From NCBI RefSeq assembly GCF_009914755.1, contig NC_060936.1: 64,000 nt of DNA; one strand, given 5' to 3'. The notes under the pieces are model-generated. The model was not told where the DNA came from, searched no databases, and saw only the letters and a program-made list of their open reading frames with translations. This document shows, piece after piece, positions 10,709-23,900 of the stretch (positions are counted from its first letter, which is position 1; every line of letters begins with the position of its first letter). The DNA comes from the human T2T-CHM13v2.0 reference genome, Homo sapiens. The translations under genes were made by a program, and so were the position numbers.

Positions 10709-11860
10709 CTAAGGGACAAGGGACAAAAAGAATCGGGCATTATGTGGGAGCTTCTGGCTTTGTGATAGTGGGACCCTCCAGGAGTGACGAAAGACACACA
10801 CTCCCTCTAGGACAAATCCATCTGGAGACCTGGTCCAGCCACATTATGGAGCAGGAAGCCCCAGCCTTTCAGATCATCCATCAAAAGCATAATCAAGACT
10901 TGGAACCACAGGCCAGGGTGCCATCACATCATGGCATGTTTTCCCTGTAAGTGAGAAAATGTCATAGAACTACTAAGCTTTTCATCATCTTGAATCTTTA
11001 GAAAATGTGGAAGGTCAGGTAACCAAGAAAGAATCCAGACTTGACCCTGAGAGGTGCCCCACCATTCCTTTGGCGAATATCATTTTACCAGAGGAAAAAC
11101 AGGTGTAGATAACCATGGCTTTCTTTATTCCTCCAAAGGTGGGCTTGTATAAACACACAGCACCTGCAGTCACTGGGAAAGCATGCCAGAGACAGAACAT
11201 GGAGTGTGGCTCAGAGGCACTTACCTGGAACACCTGGGCAGTAAGCGTGGCCATCTCCAAAGCTGGCCTCGCCCCAAGGTCCAGGCCAGGTTCTGAGACC
11301 AACACTCAGTGAGCTTGCCTTCTTTCCCTCTCTGACATAAGCCATCTTCTACTGAGCTATCAGATCAGAGAAGTGATCTATATCTGCTTCCCATTCACAG
11401 CCTGTCTGGAAATTCTACCTGCAAATTTCTGCTGCCAGAGAATTAGGGAAAACCCCTAAAGGGATGCTGAGAAGGCCACAGGAACCAACTGACTCTCACA
11501 GCTTATAAACTGACTTTTAGGTTCAAACTGTGTTCCCCCAATTGGGGTGAATTATATTCTTGGAAGCTGCCACCTCCCCTCAGCTGCTTATGTAAGCGAA
11601 TGAGAAGCTGGCAAAGGCCTGGTAATAGGGACTGGGGCAAGAAACACCCCTGAAAAGTACCAAGATGATCATCCTCAGTCATTCAATAAGTATTTCTTGA
11701 ACGCCTACAATGTGCCAGGAACCGCATTGGCATCAGTTAGCTGGTGAGGCAAAGAAGACCACTTTAGAGGTCACTCTGAATTTTTCCAAAAAGAACAGGC
11801 TGGCTTGTTGAAAAAATTATATATAGAGAGAGAGATAATGCATATCTATATATACACATA

Positions 11861-12522
11861 CAACCGTCTAGCCTGATTATCCATAGAGTCTGTATTTGCA
11901 AATTTGCCTACTTGCTAAAATTTATTGGTAACCTCAAAATCAATATTCGCAGCTCTTTTGCAGTCATTTTTGCATATGCACAGAGCAGCAAAAAGTTTGA
12001 GTCACCCCAACACACATATGTATTCACAGCGGAGGTCAAACAAGGCAACACTCTGCCTTCTTATTTCAGTTCTCATACTATTATACAAATTGTCCTTTTC
12101 TCAGTCTATTTAGTGCTGTATTTCTCACATTTTTTGGAATTTTTATTGGTGATTCCTCTTTTTAAATGCCTCCCTAAAACAGTGCTGAAGCACTGTTCAG
12201 TGTTCCTAAGCTCAAGAAGGCTGTGATGTGCCTTATGGAGAAGATAAGTGTCTTAGATCAGTTTTGTTTAGGCATGAGTTACAGTGCTGTTGGCTGTTGA
12301 GTTTGATGTTAATGAATTAATAATATAGATTAAATAAGGTGTCTTTAAACAGAGACACACATAAAACAAGGTTATATATCAATCAGTTAACAAAAATATT
12401 GTGAGCAGAGGCTCTCAGGAACCTAACCCTCTATTTCCCCTAAGAGCAATGGTTCAATATTCACAAATTCAGTGTTTGTAGCAACTTTGTAGAACATAAC
12501 TACTATGAATGAGAATCAACTG
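11861..12522 (+). mobile_element. Near full-length MER82-like TcMar-Tigger non-autonomous element
   Basis: gtatttgcaaatttgcctacttgctaaaatttat...aagaaggctgtgatgtgccttatggagaa...ggaacctaaccct...gagaatcaactg; ~660 bp in a TA-rich target. Confidence 0.75.
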
Positions 12523-12659
12523 TGTATGTGTAGGTATACAGATATACATATATATATATGCGTGTGTATAGTATGTATATAAATGAAGTGCCAATGTTAA
12601 CTTCATTTGTTAACAAAAATGACCAATGATGGCCAGCTGTACACACTCTCTATACAGGC

Positions 12660-13093
12660 ATGATATTCCCCATCAAGAGATGAAGCTCATGACCGTGGTT
12701 GTCTTGACCAATAGAACACAGCAGATGTGACACAATCTGGGTACAAGCATGGACATGGCACTGGCACTCCAGCCTGGGCAACAGAGCGAGACACTCTCTC
12801 AAGAAAAATTTTAAAAAAAGAAAGAAAGCTCGGCAACTTTTTATTCCTCCTTCTTAGAACCCCAAGCTGCCACTGTGGGGTGGCACCTCAGAGAGCACTG
12901 AGGAAGGTCCACCATTCAGCCCCAGCAGCAGCCCCAACTGCCATCTGCTTACAACTGTAGGAGAGGAAGGCCATAAGAGCACTTCCCAACCCACAGGGGT
13001 GAAAGAGATGATTTCATGGTTGTGTAAGCCACTGAGTTTGTTTTGTAGGGGCAGATGGGGTAGAGTTGTTACACAGAAATCAATAATGAGACA
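12660..13093 (+). mobile_element. MLT1-family LTR interrupted by a short 3' Alu fragment (~12763-12830)
   Basis: tgaccaatagaacacagcagatgtgac...taagccactgagtttg...ttgttacacag; insert gcactccagcctgggcaacagagcgagac plus A-tail. Confidence 0.55.
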
Positions 13094-13526
13094 GAACCCA
13101 TGAGCCATGCCCCATGCCAGTGGCACAGTAGTGAGAGACAGAGCAGTGGCCACCCTCACAGTATTTACATTCTCAGGTGAGTGGTTTCTATGTCTACTCA
13201 GACTGGGAGAGACCTCATCTAATATCTTTTCCAACGTTTTTATTTATGGTGGAGAATCTGAATCCAAAGAGATTAAGTGACTTGTCCAGATCCACAAAGC
13301 AAGCAAACAGGACTCCTAGAAGGTGTGCTCTGAAAATTTCCTTTGGGAAGGTTTGGGGAAAGCAGCCTAATAAGCCAGTTTTGCCAAGGATGACACTTCT
13401 GGGAAGAAGAAAGAGGAAAACCAGGTGACTCCAGACAGACATACTAAAACAAAAGCAGAAAATAAGAGTTGGGTAAGCAGATCTCTCTCCCCTCCACCTC
13501 TGACCCTCCCTCCACAGGGCACGCAC

Positions 13527-13659
13527 CTGAGGGCTGTGTTGGCTCCCGGTACTCTCCGCTGCTGATTTGCCGAATGAGGTTTTTGTGATCGAAACCATCG
13601 AAGGGCATTGTTCCATAAACAAGAGTGTAAAGCAACACACCCAGGGCCCAGCTGTCCAC
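13527..13659 (-). CDS. NUAK1: NUAK1 exon 6 ([44 protein letters not shown])
   Basis: Kinase subdomain IX (DxWxxG) in ORF 13444..13782; acceptor CTCCAG, donor GTGCGT; 133 nt, phase 0 to 1. Confidence 0.97.
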
Positions 13660-14121
13660 CTGGAGCAGAGAGACAGCACATATAGGAGAGCTGGGAAACA
13701 GATCCCAAGATGCCTTCCAAACCATTAGCATCATAGCCTGTGAGCAGCCACCCCCAGCAGCCCCAGGAACTGAATTTAGCACCTGGAAGATAGGTTCCTA
13801 GTGCAGCCTGACACCTGACAGCAATGCAGCTGGGACCTGCTACAGAGCCTGACCTTTCCATTCTGAACAGAGGCCAGTGGTCCCAACTAGTAAAGAACTT
13901 TCTTAAACAGATTATCTTCTTTAATCCTCACTACAATTTTGTGAAGCAGTTAGAGCCAGGACTATTTTCAGCCCCATTTAAAAGATGAGAATACTGAGGC
14001 ACGAAGAACCTAAATGGTTTCTCCAGAGGCCCTGCCCCAGTGACGGAGGTAAAACTGGGATGCGGGGCTCTTCATTCCTAATCCAGGAATCAATTCCTTC
14101 CTGCACTTTCTTCAAATGAAT

Positions 14122-14447
14122 CAGGAATTACAAACTGAAATCTTAACAGATATACACAAAGCAAGAAAGAATTGGGGTTATGACATAGAGTGTTGGGGAT
14201 GGAGACAAACTGTACAGTACATTCACCCGTCTTAGGCAGACAGCCTCTCCTTAGCTAATTGCTGCCATGTAGTAACATGGGCCCAGCACTGCTCGATTCT
14301 TTGGTTTTACAAGAGAAGTCAGAAACCAAACTTTTACATGAAATCTCCCAATTATTACATGTTTGTTCAATTTTTTTAATAAAAACTAAGGTGGCCAAAT
14401 AAAGGAGTTTGCTGACCAGATCACAGACTGCTAGCCTGGAACCTCAA
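14122..14447 (-). mobile_element. MER102-like hAT-Charlie fragment
   Basis: gggcccagcactgc...caagagaagtcagaaacc...ttttacatgaaatctcccaatt...ggccaaataaa. Confidence 0.55.
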
Positions 14448-15392
14448 AAACAGGTCATCGAAGACCAAAATATTCATTATCTATGAGAAATTTCGTGTCG
14501 AGTTTCTACAAGTTTGTAAATTGAGTTCTATGCTCCTCCCTCACATTCTTATTTTAGAAAGACTTTCTCTTCATTGCAGTTAATAGATGGTCTTGGCATC
14601 CTTCTCTTTACCCTTCAGCCCTGCCCCCAAACACTCTCAAACACATAAATATTTGAAAGAAAACATTTCAACACACTGAGCAGCTGCTATTTAAAGGATA
14701 CTGAGTGGATGAACTCTGAAAAGAGAACCATCTTTCAAAAAGAGAATCATCACTCACAACTCACTCATTTTCAAAATAAAATTTCCATATACCCATATCT
14801 TACAGTGGCCCTTGAAAGCGCTAGCATGTAGGGAAATGTATTTCTCATGAATTAGAAGATGTCATTAAAATGTATTTCCTTAGTCAGATATGCATGCTGC
14901 CAAAAATATATACAAAAAAGATATTTACCCCAGAGTGAGGCAATTTTTTGTTTGTTTGTTTTGTCTGTTTTGATATAATAGGGAAAAAACTAAATGTTCA
15001 CATCTAGACATTACTAAATAAATTTTGGTATATTCATTGATAAAATGTCATTAAAATCATGTTTTTAATAATGAATTTGGAAATTGCCACAAGATAGTTT
15101 TCATAGTAAAGGGCAAGATATACATACGTGTGTCACATACATATGTATATCTTGCCTTTTATTAACTTGATCTCAATTATTTTTGAAATGCAGAGATCTA
15201 CATTGGGAAAAGTTTAAAAGTCACTAGAGTTTTAAGTGATTATCTTTTCTAGGGGGATGGCAGGTACCTTTATTTTCTCCTTTAGGCTTTTCTGGGTTTC
15301 CCAAATTTCCTCCCAGGAGTATACATTAACTGCTTTTATAATCGTATAAGGAAACGTTTTCCTTGCTGGCTTTTTTAGGCTCTGTTTTTTTA

Positions 15393-15596
<204 letters not shown>

Positions 15597-16296
15597 CTAC
15601 AAAGAGAAGCAAGACCCAGGGAGACTTGTTAGCATTCCAGATTATGTCTGTGTTGGATCAGTTCACACCACACAGCACACAGAGTGGATGAAGGGCACCT
15701 GGGTGGGTCTGCTGGCTGGATCGCCATTTTCTCTCCAGCCCTGAGTCTTCATAAAGGACCACTCAGCCCAAGCAGGTCAGTGTTTCCTAGCTGCAGTCCT
15801 TGGCATCCATCACAAGTTCTACCAAATCTGCAGACTACAAGCTCTGCAACTTACTTAGAAATTACTCTTTAAATGGATGCTCTATTTAAACTTTAATTTA
15901 GACTTGCTTTGAGAAATAACATTCACAAAATCACTGGCTTGATGTTTCTGATGAACATTAAAGTGTGTAACTATTAATTTAAGAATTCTCCCTCTGTGGT
16001 CTACCCAATTATGCTGCATCTGCGGTGGTGTGCATATCACACTGCGGAAAAACCCTGACCTACACAACTGGTGATACCACCTCTGTATCCACTCACACCC
16101 TGATCAGAACTGTATTTTGCCTGTCTTGTGACTCAAGATGAAATGGACTAATTGACTCACAGCATTGGGTTTTGAGTCATCATATTTCAGTCCCAACTCT
16201 GCTCCTATCTGTCACTTAATGACCTTGAGCCTCAGTTTACCCACCAGAAAATGGGAATCCATGATCCCTTCCCTGTTCTAGCTCACAGGATCATCA

Positions 16297-16680
<384 letters not shown>

Positions 16681-16742
16681 TCATTCTCTTCTCCTTTGGT
16701 TTCTTGAAGTGTTTTATGTGTTATCATTTATGACAGCACTTT

Positions 16743-16825
16743 TACATATATATGTATATGTATATGTACACATATGTACAAATATACACATATACACATA
16801 TATACATACATATACATATATATAT
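16743..16825. repeat. (TA/TACA)-rich low-complexity microsatellite
   Basis: tacatatatatgtatatg...tatacatatatatat. Confidence 0.85.
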
Positions 16826-18038
16826 TTGCTTTCCCTACCAGACTCTGAGTTTCCTGAGGCAGTTGGCAGGTTCCACATCCTCCCCTTATCTTTGTATCAT
16901 CCACTGCTTAGCACCTGCCCACACCCAAGAAACACTTGTCACTGGTACAGGCATTATATTTTGAAAAGCACAAGATAATTAATATATAATGCAAAATAAT
17001 AATAATAATAATAAACTTAGTTGCCACTTTTTGAACAACTTCCAATTATCAGGTACTGCTCCAAACACTTTATTTAATCTAATCTTAACAAAAACCTGGT
17101 TTACACAGCAATGTGAATGCCTTTCATGCCTAAAAAAGGTTAAAATAGTCAGTTTTATGTTATGTCCACTTTACCACACATTTTTTGAAAAACTCATTTA
17201 ACAGATGAGGAAATTGAGGTTTAAGGAGTTTGAGGTTACTCATTTAAGGAGATGAGTAACTAATATGCAGCAATATAAACCCCCGTGTCTCTAAAGCTTC
17301 AAACCACAGTGCCACCCTGTCCCTGGGTCACCTGTATATTTCACTCCACTCTAAGCCAGCCTTGCAAGCTGAGCCCCTGTAGGTTTCCATCATTCTCCAA
17401 GCTGATTTCCATTTGAGGCTTGGAAATGAGCTGCATGATTCACATGCCCAGAGAGAGCCCAGCCTGAATACCACCGAGGCTCTGTGGTGGTCACAGCCCC
17501 TAGAAGCAGCCTATTTTGTAAAAGTCATCCCTGAATGAATGGAATGTCATTGAAAGCAGCTGGTGTACAACCAGCCTCAGAAAATGCATTCTCCGGGCTC
17601 AGATTGCACTTCATTGCCCTGAATTCCACTTTCTTATCAAGGCCCCTGACTTGCTTGCAGGAAGTTGGTTGGAAGCTTTATGAAGTGTGCCCTGTCAATC
17701 AGAAGAGGCATGGAATGGCTACGCACAGGAAAATGCATTCTCTTCCCGCCTGGCAGTGCCTGGGGCACCATATGAGCTTCCAAATACACGTGCGTGTGAG
17801 AGGCACCCGCTGCACATGCACACACTCACACCAGGAGTTTTCATTCCAAGTCTGGGCAGCCTCATTTGCTCTGTAGCCGTTCTGGAGAAGTGTGTTTATG
17901 TTATGGCCCACTCCTATCCTCACAGACTGATGTTTATCAGCCTCTCCCAGTAAAACTGTCATTGCCACTGACACAAGATTAATAGAAATCTAGATTAGCC
18001 TGTGTTCTTGGCACTTCGATGGGAAAGCAGTATTAATC

Positions 18039-18040
<2 letters not shown>

Positions 18041-18087
<47 letters not shown>
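18041..18087. repeat. Compound microsatellite (CA)16(GA)7
   Basis: Read directly from the sequence. Confidence 0.95.
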
Positions 18088-19451
18088 CGTTCTCAGATCT
18101 TGAGCCATTCAAACTTAGGCTTCGGCTCTAAGATTTAATGCCATACGGAACTTATATCAACTATTGATAAGAGGGGAAATGGCCACTGGTTATGAAACCT
18201 CTCTGAAGCTTCAGTTTTCTCGTCTGTAAAATAGCGTTAGGAAGAGTGTCTATCCCTACTGTGTCATGGTGGAGATTAAATGACATAAAGTATGTAAAGT
18301 CCTTACAACAGTAATTGGCCCAGAGTTGGAGCTCAATATATATTTGCTTCCCAACTTTAAATCCAGGGAGTTAATTACCTTCGTTATACTAGAAGCAGAG
18401 TTTATCCCAATGCCAGGGACTCTTGACAGTGAAGAAATAGAGAAATTTCAGATGCCAAATAATAATGGAATTAAATAACTTTGAATAATAAAATGAAAAA
18501 TTCATTCCTTTCTGGATTCACCTTCAGTTCTTTGGATTAAGTCAAGAAGAAGGTCTCAGTTGGGCACTGGTGTGTCTTCAGTATCTCTTTAGCATTTATC
18601 AAAGAGACCAGGCCTCCGGCCTAGCCTGCAGCAGCAACCAACATCAAGCTGGAACTTCAGAATGCTATTTGGTTTCCATTATACTTAGTTTTGAGCTTAT
18701 CTTCTATTCATGGTAAGTGATACTGGTTTTCCACTTAAGGTAATTATTTAGGGCTTCTTTTTCAAATAGACAGAACTTTAAAAAGTGACCTGAACTCAAC
18801 AAAAATATTAAGTAAAATAGCAGTGAGGATACTGCGGAAAGGCAAAAATCCATGAAAAGGATGACAAACTGAAATTTGAGAAATACTGATTTTAAACATC
18901 ATAAAACAAAATCTCAGAATTACTTTGACCTGAAAGAGCCCTAACAGATGTTAATCCTGCCCCTCGCTCTAAAAGTGAAGCAGCTGAAGGTTCCAGGGCA
19001 TAAGAAGTTTTGCTAAAGGTTGCAAAGAACAGCAGCAAGTACATGAAGGAGCACATGGGTCTTCCCAAGCCGTACAGTTTCTCCAACAGAACATCAGCTG
19101 CAAATGGAGAGGATGACTTTCCAGCAAGGAGGCGACTGGGCTGAAGAATTTTGCTGACACACTAGCAGGCAAGCTTTGGAGAAAGGTACCTACCTAGCTG
19201 GCATTTTTGCTTGTTGTTTTGACTGCTCCCCTGCCCCATACTGATTCAGAACCACCTTCTGCCCCTGCCCTGTGCTATTCAGTTCAGCCTCAATTCTCGA
19301 AAGGAGCCCCGGAACTCAAGGCTCGGGTCCTTAATATTTGGAGTTTTTATTGTTATCAAGCCTTTCCAGAGGTGTTCCCCACTGCATGAAAATTGGGGTT
19401 AGAAAGATAAATGAGGAAGTAATTATTCATTCACATTTCAAAAGGATTAAC

Positions 19452-19776
19452 CTCACTACAACACAGATGAACCCTGAAGATGTTATGCTAAGTGAAATAA
19501 GCCAGACACAAAAGGACATATATGATTCCATGTACATGAGGTCCCTAGAGTAGTCGAATTCAGAGATGGAAAATAGAATGGAGGTTGCCAGTGGCTGGGA
19601 GGAGGGGGAAAGGGGAGTTACTATTCAGTGGGGACAGCGTTTCAGCTGGGGAAGGTGAAAACATTCTAGAGATGGATGATGGTAATGCCTACACAACAAT
19701 ATGAGTATACTTAATGCCACTGAACTGTGTACCTAAAACTGGTAAGTTTGATGTTACATATATTTTACCACCATAA
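19452..19776 (+). mobile_element. 5'-truncated L1M (L1MB-like) 3' end with target-site duplication
   Basis: atgctaagtgaaataagccagacacaaaaggaca...ggttgccagtggctggg...aatgccactgaactgt; TSD aaaaggattaac at 19440-19451 and 19775-19786. Confidence 0.8.
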
Positions 19777-20399
19777 AAGGATTAACTCCAGAACACTGTT
19801 TATAATGAGCTCATCTGGTGAAAACTGAAGTGTCACCTTGCTGACATTAACTGATAGGAAAGGATGCTGATGGCAATGATAATAATTAGTGATGGTCTAA
19901 CAGTCATCTGCAGTGTTTAAGAGGAAGTGTGGTGCACTCCACAGATCAGACATTTTGGGTCCAGGAGAACCTGGGGCTAATCATGGCTTTGTCGTTACTA
20001 GGTGATGGGTGGGACCTGCCAAGTCACTCAAGTTCCTCATCTGCAAAATGGCACTCAGACTAGAACCCACCTCACATAGGTAAGAAGAGTAGAGAATACG
20101 CATGTAAAGCTCCTGGAATAGTCCTGGGACCAGCTGACGCTATAAATTACAGCCATTATGGTAAGGCTGATGGTTTGGCCGACTTAACAATCGTTTGTTA
20201 GACCAGGCAAACAGGGAACCAAAAGCATTAAAGCCACTGCCCATTAAAGAGCCAGGAGATCTTACCACTCATTTATAATACAGTCACGTTCAGAGTGAGA
20301 AGCTGCATCATAGGATGGGAAAAGGAAAGGATTCAGGGTTTGAGCACTTGAGTTCAAATCTCAGCCTTGCCTCGTACCAGCATCTAACCCAAGGCGCTT

Positions 20400-20560
20400 T
20401 AGATAATCCCACCCCACTCCAATCTGGCCCACGGACCAGCAGCATTAGCATCACCTCGGAACATTTCAGAAACTGAGACACTCAGGCCCTGCCCCAGATC
20501 CACTAAAACTGCATTTTCACAAGAGCCCCAGTGTATAATACGCACTTGCACATTAGCCAT
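20400..20560. mobile_element. MER5-family hAT MITE nested in a MIR (~20330-20720)
   Basis: ggaccagcagcattagcatcacc...ctcaggccctgccccaga...ctgcattttcacaag; MIR core (catctgtaaagtgggg) resumes after it. Confidence 0.6.
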
Positions 20561-20836
20561 TCTAAGCCTGCATTTCTTCATCTGTAAAGTGGGGTTGATG
20601 ATAATAATGTCACCTACCTGGAAGTGCTGGTACCAAACCAAATAAACTGATTCATGGAAGTGCTTACACCATGCCTACCTAGCACACAGTAGGCCTTCAG
20701 TAAATGTTAGCTATGACTACTTTATTTAACCTCTCTGAGTCTCAGATTCCTTTGTTGGAAAATGGAATTGCAATACCGCCAATCACTTGGTGCTGTGAAA
20801 ATCAAAGCCAGATTAAACAAGAAAAGAATTAAAATA

Positions 20837-20994
20837 GGCCAGATGTGGTGGCTCATGCCTGCAATCCCAGTGTTTTTCAAGGTTAAGGCAGGGGGACTGC
20901 TTGAGGCCAGGAGTTTAAGGCTGCTGTGAGCTATGATGGTGCCACTGCACTCCAGTCTATGCGACAGAGCAAGACCCTGTCTCTAAAAATAAAA
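20837..20994 (+). mobile_element. Alu monomer (FRAM/FAM-like)
   Basis: A single arm ending gtgagctatgatggtgccactgcactccag...gaccctgtctctaaaaataaaa. Confidence 0.8.
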
Positions 20995-23900
20995 GTAACA
21001 GTAGCAGCATTGCTATATGCCAGGCACGGTTCTGTGAGTGCTACATATATTGATGTAGTAAATTCTCACAACAACCCTATCTGGAAGATTGCAGATAGTG
21101 GAATTCTAAAATTATCCTTATTTTGCAGATAAGAAAACTGAGGCACAGGGTGGTAAACTGGCTTGCCTGAGACATCGGTGAACAGCTGCCTTAGCTGTAA
21201 AGTTCTACATAAAGGGGAGTTATTGCTGTCAGGTGGCTGACGAGGAAATGCACTTTCTGTGTAACTCTTCGGGAAGACAGCAATTCCATCCAGGAAGGTA
21301 CACTCCATAACTCCTTTCCGGCCTTGGAGTTGATCGCTGTGGCTTCACTCAAGACAGCCTCACTCCTGAGTTGCCAGGAAGTGAAGGCAGGGAGTGGAAC
21401 AAGGAGCAGAAGTGAGTGGGGTCGGCTTCTGTCTTCAGAGGATCTAAGCTCATGCTGCCTCTCTTAAAAGAAAAGAAATTCCCACCAGGAACAATGTGAG
21501 GAGGCTCTTAAAAGAGGGCGCGTCCAAGCAGCAGCTCCCATGGATGTTAATTAGCAGCCAGTGCCAGCTCACAGCACACAGCCCTGGCATCCCCGCATGG
21601 CTACTCTGGCCACCATGACTCAGCCTGGCCATCAGCCACCATTAGCACTTGGAGAGTCTCTCGCAGTGATAGCTGTCTGCAAGCCTGCCTGCAGACAAGG
21701 TAAGGCTGACCAAAGCATGGACCAAACAGTGCCCTCATTTGATGTGCTCTTAGATGTATGGCAAATTTGGATAGTAAGAGTAGAGAGTAGAATTCATCAG
21801 GTGTCTGGTCTTTAGAGTCAAATAGCCATAGGTTTGTAGCCAGTCCCATCACTTATTAGCTGCAAGAGCTTCCTCTTCTGTAAAATGATGTAATCACACC
21901 CACCCCGGTGGAGACATTCTGAGGACCAAATGAAATAAGGTGTGGAAGGTCTGACATGGGGCTCTAGCTTCTAGCAGGGGCTCAGTAAGCATTACTTTCC
22001 TTTTCTAGTCTCCATGCTGTGTTCCTGTGCTTGCTGTTTCTTCCTCTTGAAAAGCCATCATCATGCTCCTTACTATCAAACTCCTACCCATCCCTCAAAA
22101 CCCAATTCAATCCCTCTTCCTCCATGAAAGCTTTCTGGTCCATCCAGCCAGACAGACCCACTGCTTCCTGCTCAGCACTTCCAGAATACATTACACAGGG
22201 CCATTTGGCCCTGCCAAGGGAGAAGGATCAGGGAAGGCTTCCTGGAAGAAGAGGCAGTCAAGCAGAGACCCCAAAGAAGGAGCAGGCAAAAAGGAATGAG
22301 CAGAGCATTCCAGACAGTGTGAACCATGTGTGCCAAGGTCAAGAAGCCAGAGAGAGCTTGGTGGATGACAGGAATTCAAGTCCTATACCAGGGGCCTTCC
22401 CTGACCACTCTAGGTAAAAGAGCAACTCTATTCTTCATTCTCATCCTGCATGGATTTTCTTCACTGCCAGCCAATTACATTATGTGTTTATTTGTTTACT
22501 GCTGTGTCTCCAACTGGAATTTTAAGCTCACTAGAGCAGGTACCTTCTCTTCTTCACTGACTTCTGTATCCTCCTCACGGCTCATTATCACTGCTAGTTT
22601 AACAACTGCGAGATCCTGAGTTCCAAGACAGAAATTTGGCCATCTAGTTCACTATTAAATCCCCAGCACAGGGTCAAGTACACAGTAGGACCTTAATGAA
22701 TATTTCTGATCAAATAAATATTGCCCAGAAAAGACGTTCAATTCCTCAGTGAATAAATGCAGGAATGGATGAGTGAATGCAGGTATGCGTGGATATATAC
22801 ACACAACACATGAATTGATTAATTCATGCATGAACACAGAGCTCTCCCATTCATATCATCAAAGCCCAGAGGCTGACTCTCAGCTGCCCCACTTGGTCTT
22901 ATTAAGCTTCAGAGGTTTCTATCTCATCTTGGCCCTGGCCATTCAAAGCTTCTTTTCTTATCCACAGCAGCCGCGCTTCCATTGTCTTAAGGGGCAGCAG
23001 GCCATTTCCCCTATGCCCCTCTACTCTGAGCCCTGGGAGCTCACCAGATTCCCAGCCCTCTTGGAGGAGGTCGGCTGACCCTGGTGCCTGGACCTCTTCT
23101 CATTGTAAGACATTTTTACAGGAGCCTTCTATGGGAATTGTCAGCATTCCATTCTCCCAGAGAGTGGGCTGTGAATTTGGCCCGTTTTTTATTAATTGCA
23201 AATTAGTGCTGTGCTTGGTGTCTATTTTAGTAGACATGCTTCCAGAGTACGGAATGCAGCCCAAAGCAGCACATTGCTCTCATTCTTTCTGCTGACCGAC
23301 TGTGTGAATATTTTTAGAAACCACACCCTCTCGCAGTGCCAGATAAATAATTTCCAATGCCAGATGTGTGCTCTGCAAATCAACATCAGGCAGGGAAGGG
23401 GAGAGGAATGAGCTACATGGCTCTCCCCACCACTGCAGCGACATGTGACAAGTTTAAACCAGTAGCATTTATATAGGCTTCCTAGGCCAAAGTCCTCCAC
23501 CCTTGAAACGTGGAAAATGGATCCACATTTAGAGAAGCACCAGAGGGGGCTCCAAGAGAGGATCTTGCTGCTCATGTCCCGCTGGTTCGTGGCTCGTGTG
23601 TCTGTGGTCCCCCAGGTCCCAGGTCCAGACACGGATGGCAGGGGCTCTCTTGAGCACAGAGGCCGGCTTGTGGCCATGTATCTGCCTGCCTTTGCCAGCA
23701 TGGGTCCTTTCTAAATATGTTTCAGCAAAATGCTGAGTCAGGAAGAGTTGAGAATATACCACCAGAAGACAAATCAAGACCAGCTGAATCACATTTTTTT
23801 AAAACCTTGGAAGTGGATGGGAGATGATGAAAAGATAATTTGCCTGGAAGTCAAACACATGAGTTCTAATCCTGGCTCATCATTCCTTTATTCCAAAATC

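Noticed and set aside
9552-10950. Plus-strand ORFs antisense to exon 7 (9552..9887, 9901..10107, 10426..10614, 10636..10950)
   Set aside because: Typical shadow ORFs of a GC-rich coding strand; no promoter, splice or homology support.
13215-13861. 154-aa and 164-aa minus-strand ORFs overlapping exon 6 in other frames
   Set aside because: They cross splice sites into intron and MIR sequence and show no domain signal; only the frame of 13444..13782 is the kinase.
23222-23701. 159-aa intronic minus-strand ORF
   Set aside because: No recognisable motif or coding-like composition; one ORF of this length is plausible by chance in 64 kb.
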